This document shows positions 12,817 through 26,600 of a DNA stretch of 64,000 bases, in pieces; within the stretch, counting starts at the first letter, position 1; every line of letters begins with the position of its first letter. The translations under genes and the position numbers were made by a program. This stretch comes from Octopus vulgaris (taxonomy: Eukaryota), in the NCBI GenBank assembly GCA_951406725.2, contig OX597817.1:23746001-23810000 (forward strand). Reading direction: 5' to 3'. The notes beneath the pieces are model-generated. The model ran no database searches, was not told where the DNA came from, and saw nothing but the letters and a program-made list of their open reading frames with translations.

Positions 12817-13347
12817 TTTATACGTATATGTGTGTGTGTGTGTGTGTGTGTGTTTGTGTGCAAACATATGATGATTTGCGCTTGAATGTATGTATATGAG
12901 TGTATAGTACGTGGGCGTACGCTTTGTCTATATTGTAGTCAGAAAGTTATTGATTAATTCCTGCATTTTGGTTTTTTTACATAACGCAATATAATTCAAC
13001 ACGAATAATTAATATTTAAGATGAAAACTCATGAAAATTAACAATAGTAGGCCATAAAATTTCGCCAATGTAACATTTCCAGATAACAGTATCCAATGCA
13101 CAAATTGGAAATATCAAACCAAGAAAATTATGCAAATAATCCAAGAATAATTTTTTGTCTATGAAATTCCAATTTTTTCGGATAGGTACCTATTGTAACG
13201 TGGTTACTTGTCGCCAATTATTGTAGTAACGCCACTATTTATGACGATACTTGTTTAAGTCTATTCTCGCATGGGGTACCGTGACTCTCGCCACAACAGT
13301 ACCAACAATACAATCATCGCACCTGCAAATTAAAAAAAATATCTATA

Positions 13348-13514
13348 TAGGCGCAGGAGTAGCTGTGTGGTAAGTAGCTTGCTAACCAACCACATGGTTC
13401 CGGGTTCAGTCCCACTGCGTGGCACCTTGGGTAAGTGTCTTCTATTATAGCCCTGGCCCAACCAATGCCTTGTGAGTGTATTTGGTAGACGGAAACTGAA
13501 AGAAGCCTGTCGTA

Positions 13515-13567
<53 letters not shown>

Positions 13568-13798
13568 ATGTGTTTGTGTGTATGTGTTTGTGTGTCTGTG
13601 TTTGTCCCCCTAGCATTGTTTGACAACCAATGCTGGTGTGTTTACGTCCCCGTCACTTAGCGGTTCGGCAAAAGAGACCGATAGAATAAGTACTGGGCTT
13701 ACAAAGAATAAGTCCCGGGGTCGATTTGCTCGACTAAAGGCGGTGCACCAGCATGGCCACAGTCAAATGACTGAAACATGTAAAAGAGAAAGAGAGAG
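13348..13798 (+). mobile_element. tRNA-derived SINE family B, full length, with internal (TA)n(TG)n
   Basis: Head taggcgcaggagtagctgtgtggtaag..gggttcagtccc, CORE-like gcaccttgggtaagtgtc, internal microsatellite, tail ggcggtgcaccagcatggccacagtcaaatgactgaaac plus purine-rich end. Matches 42742-43183. Confidence 0.93.
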
Positions 13799-14048
13799 TA
13801 TTGCTCTCTCTTAGTTCCCGGTGCATTTGTAGTCAAAGGAAGCTGCAAATTAATGACACATCAATAAGTTGAGTTAAAATTGAAACTGCATCTTCTATGA
13901 CGATTTTGCTGGGTGCACATTTACTTACTGATCCGTCCCTTCTGTAATCCCCTTTGATATGCTTGCGCATGAGCCTCCCCCTCTCGCTCAGACCTACACA
14001 AACCCGTATGTACAGAGACTGCTCTAAACCTACTACAGCAACTCAATA

Positions 14049-14165
14049 GAAGCGCAATGGCCCAGTGGTTAGGGCAGCGGACTCGCAGTCGTAAGAACGC
14101 GGTTTCGATTCCCAGACCGGGCATTGTGAGTGTTTATTGAGCAAAAACACCTAAGCTCCAGGCGG
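14049..14165 (+). mobile_element. SINE family A, 5' head only
   Basis: gcgcaatggcccagtggttagggcagcggactcgc..ggtttcgattcccagaccgggcattgtgagtgtttattgagc. Confidence 0.88.
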
Positions 14166-14242
14166 CTTAAAACAGTTACATTAAAACTGTATAGTCGATC
14201 CATCATGAAGTATGCCGATCTCACCTGGGTGACCGAAAGCTT

Positions 14243-14510
14243 TGTATTTTGTATCATCAAAGATTACATTATATATCACGCGTAAATATACTAAATATTT
14301 ATTGCCACTGACTGATAAGTGATAAGTAGAGCAGAAAGAATCGTTGCGCCGTCCAGTAACTACCGTCTTCGAGTTTAGAGGCATGTCACAAACATCACTG
14401 AGTACCTTACAAGTATTATTAGACACACGACTTTTTAATTTAGCCCAGTCTAATTTGGTAAAAAGAAAATACACACAAAAATAACAGCAGCATTATCAAT
14501 GTCAACTAGA
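14243..14510 (+). repeat. Direct repeat copy 1 (partner 16396-16668)
   Basis: Collinear blocks: taaatatactaaatatt.attgccactgac, taagtgataagt, tttagcccagtct, aacagcagcattatcaatgt.aactaga. Confidence 0.85.
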
Positions 14511-14546
14511 ATTGTGCTACGAGCTAGATCATCAGTGGTAAAAGGA

Positions 14547-14886
14547 GGAAGCACTCCGTCGGTTACGACGACGAGGGTTCCGGTTGATCCGATCAACGGA
14601 ACAGCCTGCTCGTAAAATTAACGTGTAAGTGGCTGAGCACTCCACAGACACGTGTACCCTTAACGGGGATATTCAGCGTGACACAGAGAGTGACAAAGCC
14701 GGCCCTTTGAAATACAGGTACAACAGAAACAGGAAGTAAGACTGAGAGAAAGTCCCTGCCGGAGCCTGGTGGAACTTTTAGGTGTTTTCGCTCAATAAAC
14801 ACTCACAACGCCCGGTCTGGGAATCGAAACCGCGATCCTACGACCGCGAATCCGCTGCCCTATCCACTGGGCTATTGCGCCTCCAC
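14547..14886 (-). mobile_element. SINE family A with two internal deletions and a 15-bp TSD
   Basis: Matches the 4107 copy. TSD atcatcagt(g/a)gtaaa at 14528-14542 and 14887-14901. Confidence 0.92.
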
Positions 14887-15722
14887 ATCATCAGTAGTAA
14901 ATATAGAGGAACAGCGTTTGTCGCATTACGACGACCTGCGCTCCATGCATAGATCTGCTGTGAATAATAATGGGATTTTAGACGTAAAATAAGCTTGGCA
15001 GCGAATGCTCAAACTTATGTCCAAACTACAAAACTATGTTATACAGCTATATAACGCATTGTATGGAACTGTGTTGTAACGTCATGAGATAAATTCAAGT
15101 GTATTGGATGTGCGGAACTATGTTTCTTTACCGCACAGCTTGTTGTGTATCTTACCATCTGTGCGCTATAAGCCTGCTAGAGCATCATAAAATTATCGCA
15201 TATCAATTAAGAAAACGAAGCCAATTTTACAAACTTCATAGACATAAATGCCTCTAAGTATCAGTTATATAAATAAGAAGAAAATAGAAAATAAACATTT
15301 ACTAACTCATCAATCAGGGATATGTAATATTGAATCAGAGGTAAATATATTCAACAAATTAATAAATTAAACAGCTGACATCATCTACACATCAAAAATA
15401 GCCAGTCTATTGAAAACGATGGAGGATATCAATCAATTTCCCGATGTGGAAGTCGTTAATTGAACCTGTTTGTCGTTAGTTCAACTACATAGTGAAATCG
15501 TTTAAATTATATTCTACCATCTGAGGGAAAGCGCATTGATTAATGTAGCTGTGCGGGCCTAGTGTTTGGTGTGACGCGTTGATCTCGACTAGAATGATTT
15601 TGATCATGAGTTTGCAAGATCAAGACTTTTTTTTATTTTGGTTTGTTTGTTTTTGGTGCTGCTAAACACAGAGCAGCAGCAGTGACAATTACAATAAAGT
15701 AGTAACAACAACCGCAGGAACT

Positions 15723-15900
15723 GTGGAGGAGCGATTGCCCAGTGGTTAGGGCAGCGGACTCACGGTTTTGATTCCCTGACCAGGCATTGTGAGTGTTTAT
15801 TGGGCAAAAACACCTGAGCTCCACGAGGACCCGGCAATGGGGGTGAACCCCGCTGTACCCTTTCACCACAACTTTCTCTCACTATTTGTTCCTACTTCTG
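15723..15900 (+). mobile_element. SINE family A, 5' half (diverged)
   Basis: gcccagtggttagggcagcggactc..gtgagtgtttattgggcaaaaacacc..tttcaccacaactttctctcact. Confidence 0.85.
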
Positions 15901-16395
15901 ACACAAAGCAGAGGAACCATGGTGTAACCCACTATTGTGTGGTAAACTTCAGACACTAGTCTAAATTGCGAATCCTGTGTATCCCAAGATGGTTTATCTC
16001 TCCACTCGTTAAAAGCTACCGTTTACAGAATGAGAGTAACAACGTAACTTTCGCGCCCGTGCAACCGCCAGTCTATCGCGTTTAGTGGGTGGATCTTCAA
16101 GTTGCCACACGCACTCTTAGTAGCTTAGAGATTATTCTTTGTGGATAATGGCGTGAGTCCTGATTGGAAGAAGAAGAAGACTGCAGCAACTACAACAACA
16201 ATAATAATAAATCAATAAGAATATGTTGTAGGTGAAATTGGGATAACGGGAATTATACAGAATCCTGTCCGACAACTTGTACCTGTGATTCAAAAGTGTA
16301 ACACTGTCACACTGTGATAACAACGAAACTGTATGGGGATTATGCTAGGGATGCACTTCATTGTGGAATTTACACGCTATATTAAGTAATAAGTG

Positions 16396-16668
16396 TGTAT
16401 TTTGCCTCATCACAGACTGCATTATATATCAAGCTTAAATATACTAAATATTAATTGCCACTGACGGTTAAGTGATAAGTGGGCCAGAGAAAATTGTTGC
16501 ACTGTGTCCAATAACTAACTACCATCTTCAATTCTAGAGTCATGACACAAAACATCTCCGGAGCACCATACAAGCATCATTAGACACTCGACTTTTCGAT
16601 TTAGCCCAGTCTGATATGGGAAAGAAATAAGCAAAAGATTAACAGCAGCATTATCAATGTAAACTAGA
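16396..16668 (+). repeat. Direct repeat copy 2 (partner 14243-14510)
   Basis: See copy 1. Confidence 0.85.
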
Positions 16669-18317
16669 TGTCTATCCACATGTACGTGCATTGATGCACG
16701 TAAATATATACATATAACGATATATCTATCTGTCTAATTTTTTATATGTTTGTCTGTCTGTCTATCTCATGAGTAACTTTACTCGACAAGATATGTAGCT
16801 TGCAGATCAAGGAGTCTCTGCAGGTTGAGCTGCTTGTTAGTAGAATGTCACAGGAAAGTGACATTCAGCCTGAGTCAGTCAGTAGGACACCTAAAAATAG
16901 ATTAGTCACACTTGGTCTCGCAAGGGAATCCAGTAGAAAATTCTAATGACGGCTGCTTCTCATATGGCCCTATGGAGGAGGTGCTTGAGGATTATACCTC
17001 CAAAACACACAAAAGAATAGTGAGCGGAGATGATGGACACACACACACACACACACATACACACACACACACACGCACAAGACATCCGCATACAGTTATA
17101 TCAATGTTTTCGTTTATATCTAGTTCTATATGAAAACAATTTATTATTAAACCGAAAGATTACACAGTACAATCTTGTATACTACATTTTTATTAATTTT
17201 TACAAGAAAAAGATTGATAATGATTTCAAGGCTTTGGTTTTCTCATTGTCATCATAGTTATGAGATCCTGCACATTTTATCGAAAGTATAACACATTCTT
17301 TGAAAGTATATTGACTCAAGAAAATATTCGTAATAAAAAAAATAACATAGAAAATATATTGAGACGTAGTGAATTTTGTTTTTCTTTTCTTTACCTTCTT
17401 TTTCTTTTTGAAATGATAACATTTATTTAAATGAAATATATTTTCAGTTTATTTGTTATATATATTTTCAGGTTATCTACTGATTTTTTAAAAAATCTGT
17501 ACATATATGTAAATAGAAATATATCAAAATTCAATCTCGACTAATTTTTTTAAAACACCTCATTGTAATGTTAAAATGATAAGAACAAATTATTTTTTAA
17601 ATGAAATCTATTTTCAATTAGATTCTATGTATAGGTGTGGGCGTATGATCTATACTTATAGCTTTCAACAATAAATATTTGTAAGTTATAACTTCTTTTA
17701 TGTTAATGGTAATAGTATTGATTTCTAAGATAGACTCATGGCCACAAATTTTACGGCAGGCTATTGTTGAATAGATATATCGAACGATTTGACCGTACTT
17801 ACTTAATCGACCCATGTGGGACAGAAGCAATGGCAATTTTGCTCAGTACTAGATTTTATATCTTCCATACTTTGCGCATTCATCGTCATACCATCAAGGA
17901 CAAGTATATATATTGTTTACAACAACGCCGCTTAAGTGAGACAAATAAATAAATAATAGCTATTTTCTAATTCTTTAGTAATAGCGATGAGCATGTTATC
18001 TTTCTGGAAGAACACGCGTAATCTTGTGAATAGAACATTTATGAAATGTGTGTTTATTGCTAAAAAAAAAAAAAAAAACCTTCGAAATCCAACGTCAAAT
18101 TTTCTAGATTTCGTTTTTTGGTAATTCTGGTTTGTTTATTTATAATTTGTAAAATTTGTAAAAGTTGAAAATTTCAGACATTATAATAGGTGAACCAAAT
18201 ATAAATAAATCCTTACAATGATATTCCTAAAATTTATATATTATCTAATTCTAAGAAAAGTATTGAAATTTGGGCGAATGCTCCTACATATGTGCAGGCG
18301 TGCGTGAGTGCGTAAAC

Positions 18318-18422
18318 ATACATACATACATACATACATAGATACATACATACATACATACATACATACATACATACATACATGCATGCATACATACATA
18401 CATACATGCATACATACATACA

Positions 18423-18454
<32 letters not shown>

Positions 18455-18457
18455 CAT
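18318..18457. repeat. (CATA)n microsatellite
   Basis: Directly visible. Confidence 0.97.
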
Positions 18458-18704
18458 AAACAAAGTGCATTTTTTACTTTTCATATTAAAATTGGGTTTC
18501 ACATCACACTATCGTTCCAAATTCATATTTGTATTCATTTCATTGCTGATATTTTGTGGATATGCAAATATTCAAATTAATTTTAAATAAATACAAAATA
18601 TGTATTTCATAAAATAAACAATCTGTAGACTTCGATTTCTGAATCGTTTGTTCCAATAGCTACGTATTTTCTCTGAATTTTCCTCATTCAGGTTCAACAA
18701 ATAT

Positions 18705-18951
18705 TAACTTCCATTTGGTTAAGGTCAAACAACTGACAAGCAAATCTGTGGTATTAAGCAGAATATTTGCTGTAGCCCAACATTTATACCAAGACAAAAC
18801 AATGTACATGATAACACTTCCAATCAGTTAAGATCAGAAGGCACGAGAGTCACTGCCTGATACTGCATCAGGGCATTACTGCCTGGTTCTGCATCAGGGC
18901 ATCACTGCCTGGTACTGCATCAGGGCATCACTGCCTGGTACTGCATCAGGG

Positions 18952-19033
<82 letters not shown>

Positions 19034-19049
19034 TATTATTTATTATTAT
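18705..19049 (+). mobile_element. LINE (CR1/L2-like) 3' end with a 4x tandem 26-bp stem-loop unit and (ATT)n tail
   Basis: Four copies of tcactgcctggtactgcatcagggca at 18850-18953 run directly into (TTA)n. The clade assignment is inferred from the stem-loop plus short-repeat tail. Confidence 0.6.
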
Positions 19050-19095
19050 CATATGTAACACGAAAGTGCTAAGCAGAAATATGTATAAATGTATA

Positions 19096-19315
19096 TGTTA
19101 CTAGTTCAAATATGCTTGAGGAATATTCGAACCTGTAAGAAAGCCATTCACTGTATTTTGTCATGGAGAATATTTCTCGCCTTACAAAGATATGAGTAAA
19201 CTCAGCGAATCAGTTCTCAGAGTCCCCTAGTGGTTGAACTGACTTGGTGTGAAAATACAGTAAATGACATTGTTACAGGTTCAAATTTGCTTGAGACATA
19301 TTTGAAGTGGTAACA
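19096..19315. mobile_element. Candidate MITE / old inverted-repeat element
   Basis: Arms 19096-19159 and 19252-19315. The inner 31 bp match with 4 mismatches (gaacctgtaa..actgtatttt); the outer part is more diverged. Confidence 0.55.
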
Positions 19316-19321
19316 AGTTTA

Positions 19322-19402
<81 letters not shown>

Positions 19403-22400
19403 GGATGGAGGGAGAGAAGGAGGCATGCTTTTGAGTGTGTGCTTGGATACATGTGCGTGTGTGTGTGTGTGTGTGTGTGTGCTTGTAGACAGTCAGTCAG
19501 AGTTATGAAGCCAGAAGTACTGATACGCCGTGTCTCTATATACCTATTGGAGACGAAAAAGATATAGCCTAAGAGATATTTTTACCGTCTTAAATAGTAC
19601 AGCAGACATTTAATTAGTCTTATTGTGCTCCGTATAATGTGATGTAATTTTCGATGCGCACATCTATATTCAGATTTCGTATTTCTTACTGTGAAATATT
19701 AATTTAGTCGACTTCGAATTATTTCCTGATTTCATTACTTCTAATATTGATTTCTTGCTTAAGTAGAAGGTAACAAATGGGTAGAGAAAGGTATTGCCGA
19801 TTCACCCAATCAGAATACACTATTGATACGCATTTTATCGATCTCTGTGCGATAAAAGTCACCTTTTAAATCAGGCTGAATTTGCGTTTAGTGCATAATG
19901 GTTTTAAATAGATAAATATAAATTTACCAAATATACTTAGGCTATAATCAGTTGATTTCCCCAGAAATTCTAGAACGTTCTCTCGCCTGGGATTACATAA
20001 TACAACGTGATATTCCCAGAAGTATAATTGTAATTATAGAAGAAATATTTTACCGAATTGCTTTTAGCCTTGTTCTAATTCTTTTCTGAATAAATGATGA
20101 TTTAGAGCTGTGATTTTAGTACGCGTAGAGCCATCTTATGTGTAGTTTGTATGTGTAGTTCAGTGACATTATGGCCTACACGTTGTTTGTCTACAAACAA
20201 AATGTTATATTTTCCATCTAGGAATTTTCTGTTGTTATGTTCAGCGTATTTATGTTAGAGCATAAATAAATCTTCGAACGTGCGGCGTATCGGTCAGCGT
20301 TCGATTACTGCAACTACCTTTGAACACACTGTCCTAATAACCGTAACGTTAAGTACAAAATCTTAAAGATAGCAAAAAGTCAGAGGCGTGTTCAACAAAT
20401 GAAGTAAAATTAAATATGTTGCACTTTCTAAAGATATTTGATGAGCTTGTGATAAAGTCTAGACATATTCAATAAACAAAGATTGGAAACTGAGCTGTAT
20501 CTAAATATAGTAGATCAGAGAAATTAATCTCTGAAAGAATATCTTGAATTGAAAAATGTAATTTCCAAAGACTTTTAGATTAGAAAATGGTTTCATTTTC
20601 AGAATATTTATTATCTGGATTCACACTTTATATATTTTAGTGAAATCTTGTTTTTCAGAAATTGAATTTACAGAAAAAAGAAAAAGAAGAAAATTAATTG
20701 TCAAGCTTTCTGGTTAACAGTGTGTTACACTATACCTCAGGCTGATGCCTATCATTATAAATGTAATTTAACTTTTCCTAATGTTTCATTATTTCATCTC
20801 TTTAGAATCTTTAGCCGTTGCTGTCTCTACATTGCTATTTTAATGTATGATGGACACAGGTCATTACGTGGAACCTGAAAATCCAATGAAATGACAGAAA
20901 TATAGCGACATGTAATGGATAAAATTATTGCTTAATTGACTCGCCAATTACACGATATTAAAATATATTCTATAATCTCATTAGATTTTTTATTTTATTT
21001 TATTGTTATTTCATTCTTTGAAGTAGAATGCTGTTTTGAATCATTATTTCAGGTGATCTAAACCAATGAAAATAAAATATCATTGATTATAGAGCAAAAG
21101 TTATGAACCTCTAATGAGTGACAGGATACAAAACAATCAACCATCGTTTAATCTGATGCGCTAACCAATTGGAAAAGTGCAAACCCACATATGCACATTA
21201 TCTATTAGTACCAATTCTAAATGTTAAACTAGATCAAAGAGGGCGGCAAATCCATAAATCTACGAGGACTTCATTAGGAGGTATAATAGCAGATCAACAG
21301 TATGTGGCAGGTTATCGAATGTATTTCTGTGTTCAAGAAAATAATACTTCTTAAAGTAGTTATAGCCCTTATCCTAATTGAAGGCATCGTGACACTTTAA
21401 CGACTAACTGAAAACAGACTGCTTTGCTTGTCACCGATTGATCACAGTAAAGAAATTGCCGATAAAGCCTACGCAGTAATGACTACTCGTCTAAAATTAC
21501 TTGTAAACTGTATTCTTTATTTCAGTGATAATTATACTCGAGTGACTTGTTGCAATCAATGAGATATATTCATTACTTTGTTATTTCTTTTTTCACCAGT
21601 TAGTTTTAATTAACTGGATTTTATTTCTAACATTAAGAAATATTTCATCCTTAATTATAAATTTAAGGTCAATTTTCTAAGAATCGTAAAATAGTAATTT
21701 ATTGGAGATAACGGCGTGATAATGCTATCATACTTATATCAAATAACTCATTAGGATTAAAGCCTATAACGTTTGGGTTCTGAAATCATTCAGGGGAGCA
21801 AGACACAAAATAGGGTCAAGTAGTTACGTGGACCACATCATGCGCATTTTCTTCCGTAAAAAGTATACATTTTACCATTAGAGTCACAGACATCTTTACA
21901 CTTTGCAACATTATCCTTATTTCATTCTACAATATATTTTGGGAGTACGGAACATCTCTTCTAAGTATTTTGATAACACAGAACATGTCTGATGCTACTG
22001 GACAACGGTCTGCACAGTACAGGTATGTGGAGGCTATGTAACAACAATAAACTCCTACTCATTCGCCTCCGCTCTTCTTCATCTGACATCCCCTTTTTAT
22101 TCTCTCCCTCACCCATCTTCTTTTGCCAGCCATAAAATCAGAATATGTATTCAGATTACCGTTGTTAATGGAAAATATAGAAAACTTTATTGCAATAAAG
22201 AAGCAATATAATAATTTTAAAGACGATATACTTAAATTTTTTTTTGTTTTGCAGATATTCTTTTTCTAAGCAGTAGATATCCTGCACATTTATATGCAGT
22301 CCCATAAAGACAAATGTGTGTGTGTGTGCGTGCGTGTTCGTGTGTGTGTGCGCGCGTGTGTGTGCGTTTATTCTACAAAAGAAGCAAACGTACACACTAA

Positions 22401-22497
22401 CTTTCAGACGCAACCCCCGCCTTCACAAACTCATATGATCACACACACATACATGTGTATATGTATGTGTGTATGTGTGTATACATATATATACATA

Positions 22498-22549
<52 letters not shown>

Positions 22550-25119
22550 CTAACTATATATGTATACTCACCGTAACCGCGTACATTAAACATTCAAACG
22601 AAACACGCGTGTTGTTTTGAAATAATTACAAACATCTTCATGGATGCATGCAAACACCGTATACGCAACACAACGCGAGCTTATCTCTGCTATTGTTGCA
22701 CGGTCACAATGCCGCCACACATACAACCAGAAAACATAAGAAATAAATATATTTGGTAAAAGATAATAGCACATACTACACCCAAGTCAGCGTTTACATA
22801 AATTCAGAAAAAAAAAATAAACACTCCACCTTTCTGCATTGTCAACGTTCACGTACACTTACAAAATCGTCCAAATCACTATGCTATTAAACATCAACAC
22901 ACATAGACACCCAAGGGGAAAAATTCATATATGCACAACAGCAAATGATAAAAATATTCAAATAGAGAAAAACAGCAAGAGTAATCTGAAGAAAATAACT
23001 ACAAAACCACGCATGTATACCTGCAGAAATACGTACACATGTTAACAAATACTTCAGTGCAGTAGCTTATCTACGCGATACGTGGTCTATCACATCACTG
23101 TTACATACACATACATATACAATGTAAGTATATACTTACATTCAGCATTATCAAACAGTATAAGCATACGTTACACGTACACACATACACGCACATATAC
23201 TACGCTATACAAGAACACTAGAGACACACCTGCTCGCATCACACTCACGGCAAACTACTAAATATGCATAGATATACACCTACGCACACAAGGAGACAGA
23301 CACACATCCACTCATATAGAAACACAGATATAAGCATAAAAAAGGGGAGAAAAATTGCATCTATAAACACACAGATACATCAGGAACTAATTTTGCAAAG
23401 CCAAACGGAAAAAACATCCTTATGAGCCCTGCATACCTACAGAGGCACTTGTGTTTGCAGAGGTACATGCATACGAGCATATATGCATGCATACATACAC
23501 ATATGCATGCATACATACATATATGCATGCATACCTATATACATGCAATACGCCAGGCTCCCTATTTCTTCTCTTCTTCATTGTTTTCTCTCCCTAGCAG
23601 TCATTTCTAATATTTCATTCATTCATTTCATTCAAATCGAAATACAAAGCAATGATAAAATATGTACATATATGTGAATCTCATTATTTTACTATGGCAA
23701 ACAAGTATAAAATCTCCATTAGCCTTTCCAGTGTAGGTTATTAAGAACGTAAATTATTCAGAGATAACAGACATTTCATATAGTGACCTAAAACAACGCC
23801 AATTCATTAAAATTACAGTTGTAGTGAATAAAGAAATTTCAGCTTTCTTAGATAATTCTGATCAATTATGTGAAGGGCAATAACTCAGATTCCAAAGTTA
23901 ATGAAGATTTAATAGCCACATACAGTAGAGGTGAATCTATTCTCTGGTGGAGTAACAATTCGGACATGTTTTAATCGTGTTAATTCTCCACAGTGAAGAA
24001 GAGAATCAAAATTACTTAGATAATGGAAAACTGAGAATTTAACGATTTGGGGAGAATAAAATTCACAGGCATGTCAATTTAAGAGAAGGAAACAATGAAA
24101 TAATCACGGAACAAATTTTCAATAAAAATATATTCAATTATTTTGGAGTTACACATGTTTAAAATTTGGAGAGTAACGTTTAATTAAAATTATATCCAAA
24201 TTAACCGAGAAAGATTTATGTTCGAGAAAATTGACTTTGAACATCTGAATATGTTGATTTAGTGTATAAAGCATTATAGTTATCCAGATATTGCGTTATG
24301 TTCTTAGGTGGTAGACAAAATTCTCCGTCCAACGAAGCATCACTAGTTAGATACGATATCCCTAGATACCATTTGTTGTAGGTTATTGGCTAAGCTCTCG
24401 GAAGCCCCCTCTCACATATAGGATCAAATAGCAAAGGAAAGTTGCTGATATGGAATTTAATCGACTAAATTCACTCCTCCTGAAACCACTCGGCATTAGT
24501 TCTAATTTATCATCCACCTTAAGAACAGAACTAGAGTGAATATCCATAATTTAATGCCACAATCACTCGGCATGCAGTTATTTACTACCACAGTCAATAA
24601 TTTACTACCACAATCATTCGGCCCAGTAGTACGTTAATAGAGAATTCCAGTTGGTTTATTTTTGTGATAACTAATGGAATGTAAGCCAAGTTCTCACACC
24701 CAGTATTTGAAGATAATATATTCACTTTCGATCAAACCGGGGTAAATACCTTTGACTTAAGCATAGAAGGGTTTCGAGTTAATGGTTCAAGTGCATGGTA
24801 CAATACATCAAATAGAAGTGCTTGATGGGTATCGTGCATATACCCGCTTTTCCTTTTGAATCTAGTTCTGCTGCGACGACCTCACGGACTACGTGTTTTT
24901 CAGGTAAGGAAATTCAGAAAACGAAAAAGTAGTTTCACCATTCTATAGTAAAACCGTTGTGCAACACTTTGATAATTTATTTTTGATAGTTTGGCATCTG
25001 AATCAGCTGGAGATACGATAGTTTGCCAAAATGAACCGGCTATTGCAAGCAAATATAAATACTGAAAAAAATGCCATTTAACCAAATTTGGACATACTAC
25101 AGTTTAATATAATAGCAAC

Positions 25120-25397
25120 GATATGTGTGTGTGAGTGAGTAAATATTTATGTGTGAGTAAATATCAATGTGTGTGTATGTTTGTGTCCATGTTTGTCCCT
25201 ACCACCGCTTGATAACTGGTGTTGGTATGTTTACGACCCCATAATCTAGCTCCTTGACAAAAAAAAGACCGATAAAATGAATACTAGCCTTTAAGTAATG
25301 TATGTCCTGGGGTTAATTTGTTCGACTAAAACCTTTCAAGGTGGTGCCCCACCATAGCTGCATTAAAATAACTGAAACAAGTAAAAGATAAAAGATA
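25120..25397 (+). mobile_element. SINE family B, 3' half (old)
   Basis: gtttgtccct..cttgataactggtgttgg..agaccgataaaatgaatact..ctggggttaatttgttcgactaaa..aactgaaacaagtaaaagataaaaga. Confidence 0.8.
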
Positions 25398-26279
25398 TGT
25401 ACAAAACGCAACGAAGTAAGCTAGCATCTATTGTTACTGACGATTAAGTGATGATAAACAATTGAATGTTTCTTTGTATTTCTTCATTGCATGGCTATAT
25501 TTTTGCTTAGAAAATCTGTTATATGGGAAATAAGCTAAATCTGTCTATTAGTTGTTTGGAAATTTTCAATAATATCAACATAAGTGTCTGCAAAATTTCA
25601 CCAAATCGGATCTTTTCAAATTTGCATATAAATGATGAATGCCGTTAATATTTACAATTAGAAAATCGATTGGTGTGTTTTAGAAAACGTGATTATATAG
25701 ATATGTCTCTTGAACGTATGATCATAGTCTCTCAAAAGTATAATATTCTATTACATTTACAATAATTGTTAAGAGTGTATATTTGTTCCGGATGTTTGCT
25801 GTCTCAGCACAAATTCCGCTGAGGTCAGCTTGGCATTTCATTCTTTCGGGTAGATAAAAAAGTACTAAACCTGATTGGTGGTGAACTAGAACATTAAGTG
25901 CGTCAGACTGCAAATCTGGAGGTATTTGTTCGTGCTCTTTAAATTTTGAATGCTATCTTGACACACTTGATATCTAAACATAATCTGATGCCTTACCTGG
26001 TACCTCAGTTGCCTTTAACGCACATCACTCTGTTCCGTAATTTCTACCCATTTCTGGTTCGAGTGATACTTCCCTCCTTCCTCCGACCAGTCCCGGAAAC
26101 CCTGTTAATTCGCCTTCTTTCTCTGTGTTGTACTCTATAATAAATCAATACTGCGCCCCTTCTCTGAAGGCAATTAGAATTGCCTTATAAAATCAAAAAA
26201 ATCTGCTGAGACAATTTCACCAGTCATAATTTTGAGCAACGCCTTTTATGCGATACAGATACAGTTTTACAAAATAAGT

Positions 26280-26600
26280 AACCGTTTATACACTTTGTTT
26301 CCCAAATTGGCACTATACCAACATAATTATTCTTCCAATTCTTCTGCCAAGTAAGTCAAAGCATTTTTCTAAGACCAAAATCGAAACGCTGGTTTGGCCT
26401 AGAGATTCAACAGAGTGGAACACTATTGACAATTTATGGTAGATTATTAAGTCAATGTTTAATTGAGGAATTATTGTAAGGAAGAAATCTTTACATATGA
26501 AAGCATTTTATAAATTATATAGCGCATTATTGAAAGAGAATTATGACAGAATGATTAATATTGTATGTGTATACGTATATTTCAAGGCATTTACGCCAGG
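26280..26600 (+). pseudogene. Tc1-type transposase C-terminal relic
   Basis: YQHNYSSNSSAK*VKAFF, then IETLVWPRDSTEWNTIDNLW*IIK (cf. FQQDNAPxHTAKxVK..LxWPxQSPDLNPIENLW.IIK). Confidence 0.6.

Noticed and set aside
18850-18953. 26-bp repeats as a CRISPR array
   Set aside because: No spacers, head-to-tail units, eukaryotic context, no cas genes.
22680-23450. A/C-rich segment as a cryptic minisatellite
   Set aside because: No stable period; consistent with decayed (CA)n/(CATA)n.
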